DNA of 64,000 nt from Sedimentisphaerales bacterium. Its GTDB lineage: Bacteria; Planctomycetota; Phycisphaerae; Sedimentisphaerales; Anaerobacaceae. The position numbers and the translations under genes were made by a program. Positions 18,729 through 28,969 of this stretch are shown in pieces. Each line of letters opens with the position of its first letter. Position 1 is the stretch's first letter. The DNA is taken from the NCBI GenBank assembly GCA_963708075.1, contig OY970194.1, positions 896,001 through 960,000 on the forward strand, written 5' to 3'. The notes beneath the pieces are model-generated. The model worked only from the letters and a program-made list of their open reading frames with translations, searched no databases and had not been told where the DNA came from.

Positions 18729-21062
18729 CTACCTGGGGGCCGGTTCCCGATAGGGCCTTCGGGCCAGATACAGGGTCAGGCGGGACTCGAGCGTTTCCGT
18801 GGAGGCCTTCGGGTTGGCTCGGACGAGCTCAATAGCCTGCCGGGTGACCTTCACGGCCTGATCGAACTGGCCCAGTTCCGCGTAAGCGGCCGCCAGGCTG
18901 TCCAGCAGGGGGGGCGACTTGTAGGATGTGGCCTTGCACGCCCACTCCGCCAGGCGCAGAGCGCGCAGCCCGTCACGGTAGGCGGCATCGGGACAGGTGG
19001 CCAGCAGCCAGGCGAGGTTGTTCGCGACAGTCACGTCCCCGGCGTTGGCTGCATAGGCCGCCTCAAGGTGGGCCAAAGCCTCGCCGTACTGCCCCGTGCT
19101 GCACAGGAGGCTGCCTAGCAGGCCGTGCGCCAGCGGGCTCTTGGGGGCGATGGCGGCCGCCTTCCGGGCATAAGAGATCGCTTCCTGCTCGCGGTCGAGC
19201 CGGGCCAGGCAGGAGGCCAGCAGGTACAGCGACTCCACGTGGTTGGGCTCCTCGCTCAGGGCCAGTCGGAACTCCTCGAGGGCCTTTGCATATTCGTGGC
19301 GTTGCTCGTGGCCGACTCCGATCCGGAAGTGGGTGTAGTAGTCCGCAAATTCCTGCTTGATCCGGGCGAACTGCCCGGGTCTGACGTTGACGAATTCCGG
19401 AATGTTAGCGGCGCGGTCGGCCGCCGTGAAATGCTCCAGAAGCACGGCGGGGCTGTCGTTGCCCTCGGTGTCGATGTGCGTCAGCCAGAGCTGCGTAAAT
19501 GGGCCGTGGGCCTTGGAGGCGAAGACCAGCCATCTGCCGTTCGGTGACCAGCTATGCCAGGAGTTCATTTTCCCTGGGAAGTTGCATCGCATCTTCCGGG
19601 GTGTCCCGCCGGTGGAGGGCATGATGTACAGGGTGCTGTCGGGCCGCAGCAGCATGAATGTGTCGCTTTGACAGAAGACGATCCACCTGCCGTCGGGCGA
19701 GTATCGCGGAAAATAGTTGCTCACCCCGTTGCCGGAGGCGCCGGGTAGTGGCGCCGGGTCGCCGCCTCGACCCTCGTTGAAGTCGATTCGATAGAGGTCG
19801 TAGCGGAACTTTCTGCCGCCTTCGAAGAACTCCGCGACTTCGTCCGTTTCCACCACGGCCGAGGAGGGATCTTTGAGTCCCTTAAGCGTGTAGGACTCGC
19901 TGCGGGCGAAGAGGATGATCTTGCCGTCGGGGCTCCACACGGGATTGCTCTGCACGTATTGCCGGTCGCCGGCGCCCTTGAGCGGCGAGAATTGCTTTGT
20001 CTGCCGGTCATAAATGACCAGGATGCCTGCGACAGGAAAGAACCGCTGGGAGTAGTCCAGCTCGTCCACGGCCGCGAACACGGAGCGGTCCTTGACCGTG
20101 CTGATGACGTATCGGCCGTCTGGGGAGATCTGCGCGAGCAGGCCGAAGGTCGGTTCCTTGTCGTCGCGACGATAATCGCTCCAGGAGATCACGTTATCCC
20201 TCTTCAGCACAGTCTCGGGCCCGGTATCCGCGATGACGTAAGACCCTTTGTCGCTGCCATAATCGACATCCATTGCGAGGGTCTTGCCGTCGGCCGTGAA
20301 GGAGTGACAATTGCCGCAGACCTTCATGCCGGTCAGGAGGGTGGGCGGCTTGTGTGAAGAGACCTCCCCCAGACGCCAACGGATCGACTCGATATTGTTG
20401 AGGACGTGGCGGAACGGCAGCGGCACATCGCGATAGAAGATTGGTGCGCCCACGAGGTCATCCGAGACGCTCAGCTTCATGCGCCCTCGGGACAATATCT
20501 TGGCGGGCTTATCGCTGCACAAGCCCATGATCGTGACGGTCGCGCCCGGCCCGGCGGACAGTCGCCTGATTCGTCCCCACGTCTCCTCATCCGGCATCCA
20601 TCGTTTGGGCGGGACAGCAGGGGCGGGCGGATTATAGGCGGCGGCGATTGCAGAGGCCGTCCGCGGGTCGTCATCGCGCGCGCGGGGCGGCGTGGCCCCT
20701 TGCGTGAGCACGTATAGGTGGTCGTCTGAGCCCCGGCGCGCCACATCGATTAGCCAAGTATCGGCCTTTCGAGTCAGACAGGCCGGATCGCTCCACACAA
20801 ATGTCGGGGCCGCCATGTCCGGCGGGAACACCGCTTCATCCAGCGGATAATCAATCGTCAGCGAAAGCAGATCATTGGCAGTCGAGGCCGCCTTTATCGC
20901 CCGGCGGATGACCTTGCCAAGGCTCCCATCGGGCAGGGAAGGCCCATCCCCAGTGGGTGCATAGACCACCGCATTGGCCTCACCTAAGAGCACGTGACCT
21001 GCAGGCCGCGCGACGCTCATCAGGACCCCAACGACCATTGCGAATACGGCGGTGTATCTCAT
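18729..21062 (-). CDS. Secreted PD40/TolB-like beta-propeller + TPR protein with a CxxCH motif
   Basis: Signal peptide; CGNCH; SNPVWSPDG, FPRYSPDG and WHSWSPNG repeats; C-terminal TPRs (NNLAWLLATCP, LDSLAAAYAELG). Confidence 0.8.
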   Translation of the reverse strand: MRYTAVFAMVVGVLMSVARPAGHVLLGEANAVVYAPTGDGPSLPDGSLGKVIRRAIKAASTANDLLSLTIDYPLDEAVFPPDMAAPTFVWSDPACLTRKADTWLIDVARRGSDDHLYVLTQGATPPRARDDDPRTASAIAAAYNPPAPAVPPKRWMPDEETWGRIRRLSAGPGATVTIMGLCSDKPAKILSRGRMKLSVSDDLVGAPIFYRDVPLPFRHVLNNIESIRWRLGEVSSHKPPTLLTGMKVCGNCHSFTADGKTLAMDVDYGSDKGSYVIADTGPETVLKRDNVISWSDYRRDDKEPTFGLLAQISPDGRYVISTVKDRSVFAAVDELDYSQRFFPVAGILVIYDRQTKQFSPLKGAGDRQYVQSNPVWSPDGKIILFARSESYTLKGLKDPSSAVVETDEVAEFFEGGRKFRYDLYRIDFNEGRGGDPAPLPGASGNGVSNYFPRYSPDGRWIVFCQSDTFMLLRPDSTLYIMPSTGGTPRKMRCNFPGKMNSWHSWSPNGRWLVFASKAHGPFTQLWLTHIDTEGNDSPAVLLEHFTAADRAANIPEFVNVRPGQFARIKQEFADYYTHFRIGVGHEQRHEYAKALEEFRLALSEEPNHVESLYLLASCLARLDREQEAISYARKAAAIAPKSPLAHGLLGSLLCSTGQYGEALAHLEAAYAANAGDVTVANNLAWLLATCPDAAYRDGLRALRLAEWACKATSYKSPPLLDSLAAAYAELGQFDQAVKVTRQAIELVRANPKASTETLESRLTLYLARRPYREPAPR

Positions 21063-21159
21063 AGACAAAGAGGATGCTACGCCATTCGCATCCCGCCTGT
21101 CAATCGGCAGAACGCGAGGGAATGGGTACGCAAGGCGAACGCAAAATTGCTCAAGTCGC

Positions 21160-21247
21160 GGGTGGCAGCGTCAAGCGCAGCTTGGCGATGGCGACTTTCC
21201 TGTGCGTACGACCATCGCCAAGGCCTTCGGCCTTGACGCTGCCACCC
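21160..21247. repeat. Palindromic REPIN-like element, GGGTGGCAGCG family
   Basis: GGGTGGCAGCGTCAAG..CTTGGCGATGG / CCATCGCCAAG..CTTGACGCTGCCACCC inverted repeat. Confidence 0.85.
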
Positions 21248-21390
21248 GGCTCGTGCCTTGAATAAATGTATCTTTGAGACTTTGCGTTTGCCCTGAAGGG
21301 GCACGTACAGGGCATTGTCGCGCCGGGCATTTCGGTTTAGAATAGCCGCCTGTCGTCAGGGAATGTGACTCTTCGTGATGGAGTGACTTT

Positions 21391-21822
21391 ATGAGCAGAG
21401 TGGAAGATGCGGTGAGTTGCTTTTGCCGGGGCGCCGCCTGTTCGCAGGCGATTCTGGGGACGTACGGCCCGTCGGTGGGCCTTCCGCGAGAGCAGGGGAT
21501 GAAGCTCGCGTCCGGCTTCGCCGGCGGCATGCGCCTGGCCCAGACCTGCGGGACGGTCACGGGGGCCTTCATGGTCCTCGGCCTCAAGCTCGCCGGACCC
21601 AACTGCGACCAGCGTGACGGCCGAAACGACGTCTACGCCGCCATGCGGGACTTCGCCACCCGATTCCAGCAGCGAAACAACACCGTCGTCTGCAAGGAGC
21701 TGCTCGGCTGTGACATCAGCACCCCCGAAGGCGCCCAGAAAGCCACAAAAGAAGGCCTCTTCCGAACCATCTGCCCCAAATTAGTCCAGGACGCCGCCGA
21801 AATCCTCGAAGAGATGCTCTGA
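21391..21822 (+). CDS. C-GCAxxG-C-C family putative redox protein
   Basis: CSQA..GFAGG..TCGTVTG..CKEL..CPKLV cysteine pattern. Confidence 0.85.
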   Translation: MSRVEDAVSCFCRGAACSQAILGTYGPSVGLPREQGMKLASGFAGGMRLAQTCGTVTGAFMVLGLKLAGPNCDQRDGRNDVYAAMRDFATRFQQRNNTVVCKELLGCDISTPEGAQKATKEGLFRTICPKLVQDAAEILEEML

Positions 21823-21932
21823 AGGTATATTCTGCCACAGAGGGCACCGAGGACACAGAGAAGAGTGATCCAGACACGGATTCGCCGATAGCTGATAGTG
21901 GGCTTCGCCCAGCACTTCTTTGCCTCCGGATA

Positions 21933-22883
21933 TCATCTTTGTGTATTCGACAACAACTTGGCGAGCCTGGATGGAAAGTCGTGAGCTGTGCTTGGGATGC
22001 TCAGAATCTTCTGTGCGATGGCGAGCCTCTTCTGCGCATGTGAATCTGCGGTTGCGAAACACAGCAGGAAAATAGGGATACCACGCCGCTTGTTGAGCGG
22101 CAAGGGCTTCTCCACGACATGTGGGAAGATTGTCTTCAGCCGCTCCACGAAGTACCTGCTTATCATCCTCCAGTCGGTTGCCGTCTTCACCGTCTTGGTC
22201 CCCTTGCCGAAGAATTGTGGACGGCTGACCGTCTTGTAGAATGCATCGTACCAGTTGTGCGACCCAAACAGCAGGTCCAATCTATGCTTGTTGGCGGTGG
22301 CGATAGGTCCATTTCGTTTGAGGAGCCGGTTCACCGCGTCTATGGGGAACAAGTACCAGACGTCAATCGCGCCCGTGCGAGCGACCGCCTCAAGGGTAGC
22401 CCACCCAACTTGCAGACCGCGCGGGTCGAGGAAGAGGGCAGCGCACCGTTGAGTCCAGTCGGTCTTCTCGCAGAGTCTTCTTACACACGCGTTCGCATCG
22501 TCGTTGGTGACCCTGGTGGCGTGACGCAGGTCTTGGAATTCCTCTTCCTCCAGCAGATACCTTAGTTTCACGAGCGTGGCACGGGTCTTGTCATTAAAGA
22601 TGTATCTGTCGAATGGGGGGACAACTTGCAGCGCCCTCCGGGCTGAGCCGTCGATCAACGATGGGGAGTTGAAGAGAGGCCTCCGTGATGTCCTCTTGCG
22701 ACTGCTGAGGTCGACTCTGCCGGTCCCTGCGAACGCATCGATATAGACGGTCGGGTACGCACCCTTCATCGTCTCGGTGAAGAGCGGGAGATAGCTGGCG
22801 ACGCGCTCCAGCTTCACCCTTGTCCAGCAATGACCTTTCATGTGTCCCTTGTTCTGGCGACTGTCCTCTTTCTTCTGCGCCAT
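21933..22883 (-). CDS. tcmP: Three-Cys-motif partner protein TcmP-like (SAM-dependent methyltransferase fold)
   Basis: WTRVKL..YL, YIDAFAGTG, DGSARRAL, DAN, LFLDPRGLQVGWATL and IDVWYLFP motifs. Confidence 0.75.
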   Translation of the reverse strand: MAQKKEDSRQNKGHMKGHCWTRVKLERVASYLPLFTETMKGAYPTVYIDAFAGTGRVDLSSRKRTSRRPLFNSPSLIDGSARRALQVVPPFDRYIFNDKTRATLVKLRYLLEEEEFQDLRHATRVTNDDANACVRRLCEKTDWTQRCAALFLDPRGLQVGWATLEAVARTGAIDVWYLFPIDAVNRLLKRNGPIATANKHRLDLLFGSHNWYDAFYKTVSRPQFFGKGTKTVKTATDWRMISRYFVERLKTIFPHVVEKPLPLNKRRGIPIFLLCFATADSHAQKRLAIAQKILSIPSTAHDFPSRLAKLLSNTQR

Positions 22884-23224
22884 TGTTTCGTCCTTTCATG
22901 AAATAGTTGGAATCATTCAGAAGGAAACCTCATTCCTTCTCATTCTTTATTATCGTAGAGCGTTTTGTCATTTGGCCGAAACGCTCCGAAAACCATGGAG
23001 ATAGCGTCCAAGTAGATCGCCTGCATTAACACAAAGCGTGTGGCTATAAGCAGTTAGCTGCATGGAGTATTTCTTGCCCCTCTATATGGGAGGCAAGGGA
23101 TTTCTGACGCAGAGTTGAGGTGCTGACACCAATTACAGCATGGGCGTGGGTCTTGTCGCCCGTCAGCATGATTGCTGAGCGGTTCCGCGCACGACGTGCC
23201 TCCAGGAGGCGCTCATCCTCAGTT

Positions 23225-23623
23225 TCACCGAATTCGATCCCATTTCTCGCGGAAAGCTTCTATGCAATAGGCTGGCGGCTGGAGCCAGTACGAGATCCTT
23301 CCGTCTTTCTCTCCCCGGTGGGCCAGTCGCCTGACTTCCGAAGGGATAAGCACATAGGCCGCGGGCGATGTGCTGACGTTGTTTACGACAACCCAGAAGT
23401 CGCCCATGATCTTGTCGAGCGAGGTGCCCAGGGGAACAGGGTTCTTCTTGCTGAGTGTCTTGACTTGGATGCTTACTTTGCGAGAGCAATCATGATTGTA
23501 TGCGAGGACATCCACCCCGCGTGCATTGCGTGTGGTAGGCATGGCATTCCACCCCATCAGTGACAGACGGTAGCACGTCCAATACAGCCCGACATTGCCT
23601 GTGATCTGCGCGTCTCTGTTCAT
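23225..23623 (-). CDS. Small PD-(D/E)XK superfamily endonuclease
   Basis: TGNVGLY..RNARGVD..SIQVKT. Confidence 0.65.
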   Translation of the reverse strand: MNRDAQITGNVGLYWTCYRLSLMGWNAMPTTRNARGVDVLAYNHDCSRKVSIQVKTLSKKNPVPLGTSLDKIMGDFWVVVNNVSTSPAAYVLIPSEVRRLAHRGEKDGRISYWLQPPAYCIEAFREKWDRIR

Positions 23624-23671
23624 ATCCACCTGCACTATACCGTCTTCTGATCGTTTAAGACAGCGTACTCG

Positions 23672-24163
23672 CTACCATCTCCAATTCCTTGCGTCAAAGC
23701 TCACGTGTATGTGGAGGACATTGGCGTCTGATGCGTACTTCTCCCGATATTTTGGGCACATTTTCCAGTCATCAATTGCTTTGCCGGCGATTTGATAGTT
23801 GCGGTCGTAGTTGTCCAGACTGGTCAAGTAGACATCTGCTTCATCAGTCGTCTCAACGTAGACCGCCACCCACGGGTCACACGCAAAAGTTCTACATGCC
23901 TGGCGGACTTTCTCCCGATCATCTTTCCCTCTTTGATAGGAGAGGAGATTCACCGACTCATGTTCAGTCCCGCGTTTCCGTGTTCTGGATTTGACCGTGA
24001 TCCCAAGTCTTTCATCCGTCGAAGGTTTATATGCGACGATGTCGATGCCGGTGTGGTCTACGAGAGTCACTTCGAAGCCCGATCTCGATAGCCAATTGCA
24101 TATGATGCTCTCGCCGAAGTCGCCAATGATCTTCTGGTGTCGTGTGCTTTTGATTATGTCCAT
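23672..24163 (-). CDS. Small PD-(D/E)XK superfamily endonuclease
   Basis: GDFGE..GFEV..HTGIDIVA..GITVKSR. Confidence 0.65.
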   Translation of the reverse strand: MDIIKSTRHQKIIGDFGESIICNWLSRSGFEVTLVDHTGIDIVAYKPSTDERLGITVKSRTRKRGTEHESVNLLSYQRGKDDREKVRQACRTFACDPWVAVYVETTDEADVYLTSLDNYDRNYQIAGKAIDDWKMCPKYREKYASDANVLHIHVSFDARNWRW

Positions 24164-24362
24164 GTTGACCTCCAACGGGCCTCTCACAGCATCTGCCATT
24201 CCTCAAGGAGCCGCTGCCGCTACTGATTATCATTATATGTCATCGATGGGTGCACGCAAACGATCTTTGCGCGGGTTGAGAACCTACCCCACACTACGTT
24301 GTGGCTCTGGGGCTTTGAGTCAGATAGAATGTCACCGGCTTTTGAATGGAAAGGGCAGGGCT

Positions 24363-25373
24363 ATGAGCAGCGTTGGTATGGCGTTGATGGTTGTGCTGGC
24401 GATGGCCGGGGCGGACGGCGTGTCGCGAACTTCGTCGCGGGAGTTCCGGTGGAGCTATGGGTCGCCGGTGGTGGAGGCGAGAGCGGTGGAGGGGGTGGAG
24501 TTTGTTTCGGTGAAGGACCCTTCGATTGTGCGAGATGGGGACAAGTGGCATCTATTCTATACGGTGCGCGGGCCGAAGCGGACCCATGCGATTGTGTATT
24601 CGAGCTTCGGCGAGTTCAGCGAGGCCAATCGCGCGCCGCGGCATATCCTCTCGTGTCATCCGGGGTACTTCTGTGCGCCGCAGGTGTTCTACTTCACGCC
24701 GCAGAAGAAGTGGTACCTGATCTGCCAGGCGGCGGATGAGTCGTGGGGCGAGCCGCCGTACAGGCCCGCGTTTTCGACCACGACGGAGATCAGCGATCCG
24801 AATTCGTGGACGAGGCTTCAGCCTCTCTATGACACGAAGCCGGACATCGTGAAGGGCTGGCTTGATTTCTGGGTGATCTGCGATGACTCGAAGGCGCATC
24901 TATTCTATACATCACTTGACGGCAAGATGTGGCGGGCGGAGACTTCGCTATCCGCGTTCCCCAAGGGCTGGTCGACGCCCACGGTTGTCCTGACGGGTGA
25001 CATCTTCGAGGCCAGTCACACGTACCGGCTTAAAGGGCTCAATAAGTACCTGACGCTGGTCGAAGCCCAGAACGGTTACGGCTGGCGATACTACAAGGCT
25101 TATACGGCGGATCGGCTCGACGGGCAGTGGCAGCCGCTCGCGGCTGAGAAGGACAACGCTTTTGCCTCCATGCGGAACGTGACGCCGAAAGGCGAGAAAT
25201 GGACCGATGTCGTCAGTCACGTCGAGCTGCTGCGCAGCGGCCGCGACGAGAAGCTCGAAGTGGACCCGGCGAATCTGCGCCTGATCTTCCAGGGCGTTCT
25301 GGAGAAGGATCACCAGGGCAAGTCGTATGGCGAGATTCCCTGGAAACTCGGCCTGCTGGAGTCCGCCCGCTGA
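24363..25373 (+). CDS. GH62-like non-reducing-end alpha-L-arabinofuranosidase family protein
   Basis: SVKDPSIV, YFCAPQVFYF, LDFWVICD, IFEASHTY and VSHVELLR motifs; signal peptide. Confidence 0.8.
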   Translation: MSSVGMALMVVLAMAGADGVSRTSSREFRWSYGSPVVEARAVEGVEFVSVKDPSIVRDGDKWHLFYTVRGPKRTHAIVYSSFGEFSEANRAPRHILSCHPGYFCAPQVFYFTPQKKWYLICQAADESWGEPPYRPAFSTTTEISDPNSWTRLQPLYDTKPDIVKGWLDFWVICDDSKAHLFYTSLDGKMWRAETSLSAFPKGWSTPTVVLTGDIFEASHTYRLKGLNKYLTLVEAQNGYGWRYYKAYTADRLDGQWQPLAAEKDNAFASMRNVTPKGEKWTDVVSHVELLRSGRDEKLEVDPANLRLIFQGVLEKDHQGKSYGEIPWKLGLLESAR

Positions 25374-25527
25374 TTTGTCACTATCGGCCTGATTGCCCAT
25401 GTTGCGGAAGGAAGCCTGCAAATGGATGTGCTCATCAGAGAGGCACGCCAGGATCGGCGCCCGTTACATTGACGAAGTCATTATTGAGAAGTTTCTGTAG
25501 CAACAGGGACAGGGAAGGGGACATGGT

Positions 25528-26172
25528 ATGCGGCTGGCATTGTGGATGGTGAGTCTGCTCGCGCTCGCGGGAGGAACAGGCGGGGTGAGGAGTTGGGACT
25601 TCGATCAGGTGGAACCGGGTTCGTTGCCGGAAGGCTGGAAGGTGGAGGCGACAGGACAGGAAAAGGCGACGGCGAAATGGCAGGTCACGAGAGATGAGGA
25701 GACGCCATTGGGACCCGGGGTCCTGGAACTGACGGCGACGAATCACAACGAGCGGGACGTGTTCAATCTCTGCTGGACGGATGCGGTGCAATTCGGCGAG
25801 GGCGAGATCGCCGTGTTCCTGCGGGCGCGGTCCGGCAAGATCGACCAGGGCGGCGGGCCCATCTGGCGGGTCCGGGACCGCAACAACTATTACATTGCCC
25901 GTTACAATCCGCTCGAAGATAATGTGAGCGTGTACTACGTAAAGGACGGCAAACGGACCATGCTCGCCTACTCCGGCAGAATCGAGTTGCCGGACGGCTG
26001 GCATCTGCTCAAGATCAGCCACCGGGGCGACCGCATCCGGGTGTTGCTCGATGGCGATATGAAGTTGATGGTCAACGCCGGCGACTACATCCCCGGCAAG
26101 GGCGGCGTCGGCCTCTGGACCAAGGCGGATGCTGCGACCGCATTCGACAATTTCACCGTGGTCACGCAGTGA
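25528..26172 (+). CDS. Secreted DUF1080/ConA-like domain protein
   Basis: Signal peptide; DQGGGPIWR..NYYIARYNPLEDN..WHLLKI..GGVGLWTKAD..FDNF. Confidence 0.7.
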   Translation: MRLALWMVSLLALAGGTGGVRSWDFDQVEPGSLPEGWKVEATGQEKATAKWQVTRDEETPLGPGVLELTATNHNERDVFNLCWTDAVQFGEGEIAVFLRARSGKIDQGGGPIWRVRDRNNYYIARYNPLEDNVSVYYVKDGKRTMLAYSGRIELPDGWHLLKISHRGDRIRVLLDGDMKLMVNAGDYIPGKGGVGLWTKADAATAFDNFTVVTQ

Positions 26173-26191
26173 GTCTGGAAGGAGATACACC

Positions 26192-26500
26192 ATGTTCGGC
26201 TACAGTCTCATCCTGCAGGCGCTCTATGTCGTTGCGTGGATCATTTTGCTGGTCGGTTCCGTGGTGCTTCTGCGGCGAGGGTACGCCAGCGCCGCAGTGT
26301 CAATGCTCCTCGGGGCCGCCATCGCCTCGCTCATGACGATATTCAGCCTGTGCGTCACAGTGTGTCTGGCTGCCGGGTGGTTCAGGGGGACCTACCCGAG
26401 CAAAATGATGATGCTGGCAGGACTGGTGTCGGTGGTGGGCTTGTTCCTGTTTGCCCTCGGGTTCCTGCAGTTGGCTCGGATGACAAGACGGGAGGGCTGA
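26192..26500 (+). CDS. Hypothetical membrane protein
   Basis: GGAG RBS; three hydrophobic segments. Confidence 0.6.
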   Translation: MFGYSLILQALYVVAWIILLVGSVVLLRRGYASAAVSMLLGAAIASLMTIFSLCVTVCLAAGWFRGTYPSKMMMLAGLVSVVGLFLFALGFLQLARMTRREG

Positions 26501-26505
26501 TACGC

Positions 26506-26895
26506 ATGATGACGAAGACTCGATTGAGCCTGTTCTACCTGGTGGGGTACCTTTTCCCTGCCGGCCTGGGGTTGCTCCTGGCGCCCCGGCCGACCGCGAA
26601 GCTGCTTTTGTCCAATGCCGAGTATGATACCATCATGCTCCGGCTGGCCGGCATGTTCCTGCTGGGGTTGGGCATCATCGTGATGCAACTCATTCGCCTG
26701 CGCAACGAAGCGCTCTATCCGACAACGCTGGTGGTGCGAGTGTTCTTCTGCGTGTGTATCTCGGTATTCTACCTCATGAGCGGCGACCCGCTCTTCCTGA
26801 TGATGCTCGGGATTGTGGGACTGGGCCTGCTACTGACCGGGTCGTGTTATCTGGTGGATCGCCGTCGCGAGGGCACTGCGCAGGCTGCGGATTGA
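26506..26895 (+). CDS. Hypothetical membrane protein
   Basis: GGAGG RBS; about four transmembrane segments. Confidence 0.65.
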   Translation: MMTKTRLSLFYLVGYLFPAGLGLLLAPRPTAKLLLSNAEYDTIMLRLAGMFLLGLGIIVMQLIRLRNEALYPTTLVVRVFFCVCISVFYLMSGDPLFLMMLGIVGLGLLLTGSCYLVDRRREGTAQAAD

Positions 26896-26958
26896 GACGA
26901 TCCGCAACTGCTATGACAATCGAAACCTCCAGGAGAATCGGTGGGGCCGAAGGGTAAT

Positions 26959-27537
26959 ATGGCAAAGGTGTCGGGTCAGCGGCATTTTGATGGACGCGAT
27001 GAGTGGCGAGCCTGGCTGGCCGAGAATCACCAGGCCGCGAAAGAACTTTGGCTGATCATCTATAAGAAGCATGCCGGCAGGTCCGGCCTGACGTATGTGG
27101 AGGCCCTTGAAGAGGCGCTATGCTTCGGGTGGATCGACGGGATCCTTAAGCGCATCGATGACGAGAAGCATACGATCCGCTTCACGCCGCGAAGGAAGAA
27201 CAGCATCTGGTCGGAGCCCAACAAGAAGCGCGTCCGCAAGCTGATCAAAGAGGACCGGATGACGGACGCAGGCCTGGCCAGAATCCGGGAGGCCAAGGCC
27301 AACGGCCAGTGGGACAAAGCCGCCCAGCGAGAGGATATCACCGTTGTCCCCGCCGAGTTAACCGAGGCGCTGGCGAGAAATGAGAAAGCCCGGCTGAATT
27401 TCGAGGCCCTCGCGCCGTCCTATCGCAGGCAGTTCATCTACTGGGTCGCCGTCGCCAAACGGGACGAGACCCGCCGCAAGAGGGTTGACGAAACTATCGA
27501 GTTGCTGATTCGTAATAAGAAGCTTGGGATGAAGTAG
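26959..27537 (+). CDS. YdeI/OmpD-associated family protein
   Basis: WRAWLAENH, EALCFGWIDG, FTPRR..SIWS and AKRDETRRKR motifs. Confidence 0.88.
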   Translation: MAKVSGQRHFDGRDEWRAWLAENHQAAKELWLIIYKKHAGRSGLTYVEALEEALCFGWIDGILKRIDDEKHTIRFTPRRKNSIWSEPNKKRVRKLIKEDRMTDAGLARIREAKANGQWDKAAQREDITVVPAELTEALARNEKARLNFEALAPSYRRQFIYWVAVAKRDETRRKRVDETIELLIRNKKLGMK

Positions 27538-27581
27538 AACCATTGAGGCTGAACTATCCGAAATGATGGTCGGGCTTCTCT

Positions 27582-28112
27582 ATGAAAATCAAATTCGGTG
27601 AGTACATGATTCGGGATTGGAGGAAGGACGACGCGGCGTCCATCGCTCGATATGCGAATAATCGCAATATCGCGATGTGGCTGCGCGACCGGTTCCCCTA
27701 TCCGTACACCATTTACGATGCCGAGGGGTTCGTCGCGGCGGTCACCCGGCAGGACCCGCGAGCGTCCTTTGCCGTCGCCACGCGGCAGGAAGCCATCGGC
27801 GGGATCGGGCTCGATATGGGCATCGATATTCACCGTTTCACCGCCGAGCTGGGTTACTGGCTGGGCGAGCCATTCTGGGGCAAGGGGATCATGAGCGCGG
27901 CGGTCACGCAGTTCACGGCCTGGGCCTTCAGCCATCTCGACTTGTATCGTATCTACGCAAACGTTTTCGCCACCAATGCGGCGTCCGCCCGGGTCCTCGA
28001 AAAGGCAGGGTTCGAACGTGAAGGCCGCCTGCGGGCCAGCGTCTTCAAGAACGGCCAAATCCTCGACCAGTTCCTCTACGCCAGGATCAAAGACGAGATT
28101 CAATATGCCTGA
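27582..28112 (+). CDS. GNAT (RimJ/RimL-type) acetyltransferase
   Basis: AELGYWLGEPFWGKG and NAASARVLEKAGF motifs. Confidence 0.9.
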   Translation: MKIKFGEYMIRDWRKDDAASIARYANNRNIAMWLRDRFPYPYTIYDAEGFVAAVTRQDPRASFAVATRQEAIGGIGLDMGIDIHRFTAELGYWLGEPFWGKGIMSAAVTQFTAWAFSHLDLYRIYANVFATNAASARVLEKAGFEREGRLRASVFKNGQILDQFLYARIKDEIQYA

Positions 28113-28527
28113 GCAGATGTTTCCGGAGCCGACAGTTGGGGCGCTGATCTTCAATCGCGAAGGGAAGGTCTTTTTGATGCGGTCGCACAAGTGGCGGGGC
28201 AAGTGGGTCCTGCCCGGCGGGCACATCGAGCTCGGCGAGCGAATGGAGGAGGCGCTGCGGAGGGAAGTGAAGGAGGAAACGAACCTCGACATCCGCGACA
28301 TTGAGTTCATCTGCTTTCAGGAGTTCATCTACGACGAGCGATTCTGGCAGCCCCGGCATTTCATCTTCTTCGATTATGCGTGCACGACGGACTCCGCGGA
28401 TGTACAACTCAATGAGGAGGCCCAGGAGTACGTATGGGTCACACTGGAAGAGGCTCTAACAATGCCAGTGGAGCACTATACAGACGCGGTCATCCGCGAG
28501 TACGTGAAAGTGAACGCGGGAAGATAG
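28105..28527 (+). CDS. NUDIX hydrolase
   Basis: Nudix box PGGHIELGERMEEALRREVKEET. Confidence 0.9.
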   Translation: MPEQMFPEPTVGALIFNREGKVFLMRSHKWRGKWVLPGGHIELGERMEEALRREVKEETNLDIRDIEFICFQEFIYDERFWQPRHFIFFDYACTTDSADVQLNEEAQEYVWVTLEEALTMPVEHYTDAVIREYVKVNAGR

Positions 28528-28549
28528 ACGAGATAAGGAGCGGAGAAGT

Positions 28550-28942
28550 ATGACAGAGTTGTGGCTAAGAAGACAACGATGGGCCGCCCTCGTAGTGGTT
28601 TATGCTTTAGCCGTGCTCTTCGGTGTTTGGAGTGGACTTGCGGGAGGTGGGGCTTGGACAAAATCCGATGCCGGTATGTACTTCTTCATCGCCATTTCGA
28701 TGAGCCTTGGTTTTGTGTGGCTTTGCACGGTCGATGCCAGGCTATTAGGCGAACCGCTGATGTGGTCGGCCAAGATGGGCATCTTTTTCGGTTGGCCGGT
28801 GGGGGTGCCCATATACATACTCTGGTCCCGCGGCACAAAGGGCATCGGGCTCTTGCTGTCATATGGCATTTTGTTCTTTCTTGTGGCAGCGATGTCTATG
28901 ATCGCCGTCGGCATTTGCTCTGGTGACCCGTTCGCCAGCTAA
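28550..28942 (+). CDS. Hypothetical membrane protein
   Basis: Four hydrophobic segments; GGAG RBS; AT-richer than neighbours. Confidence 0.6.
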   Translation: MTELWLRRQRWAALVVVYALAVLFGVWSGLAGGGAWTKSDAGMYFFIAISMSLGFVWLCTVDARLLGEPLMWSAKMGIFFGWPVGVPIYILWSRGTKGIGLLLSYGILFFLVAAMSMIAVGICSGDPFAS

Positions 28943-28969
28943 TCGCCAGCACGCGGAATCGCTCAAACG

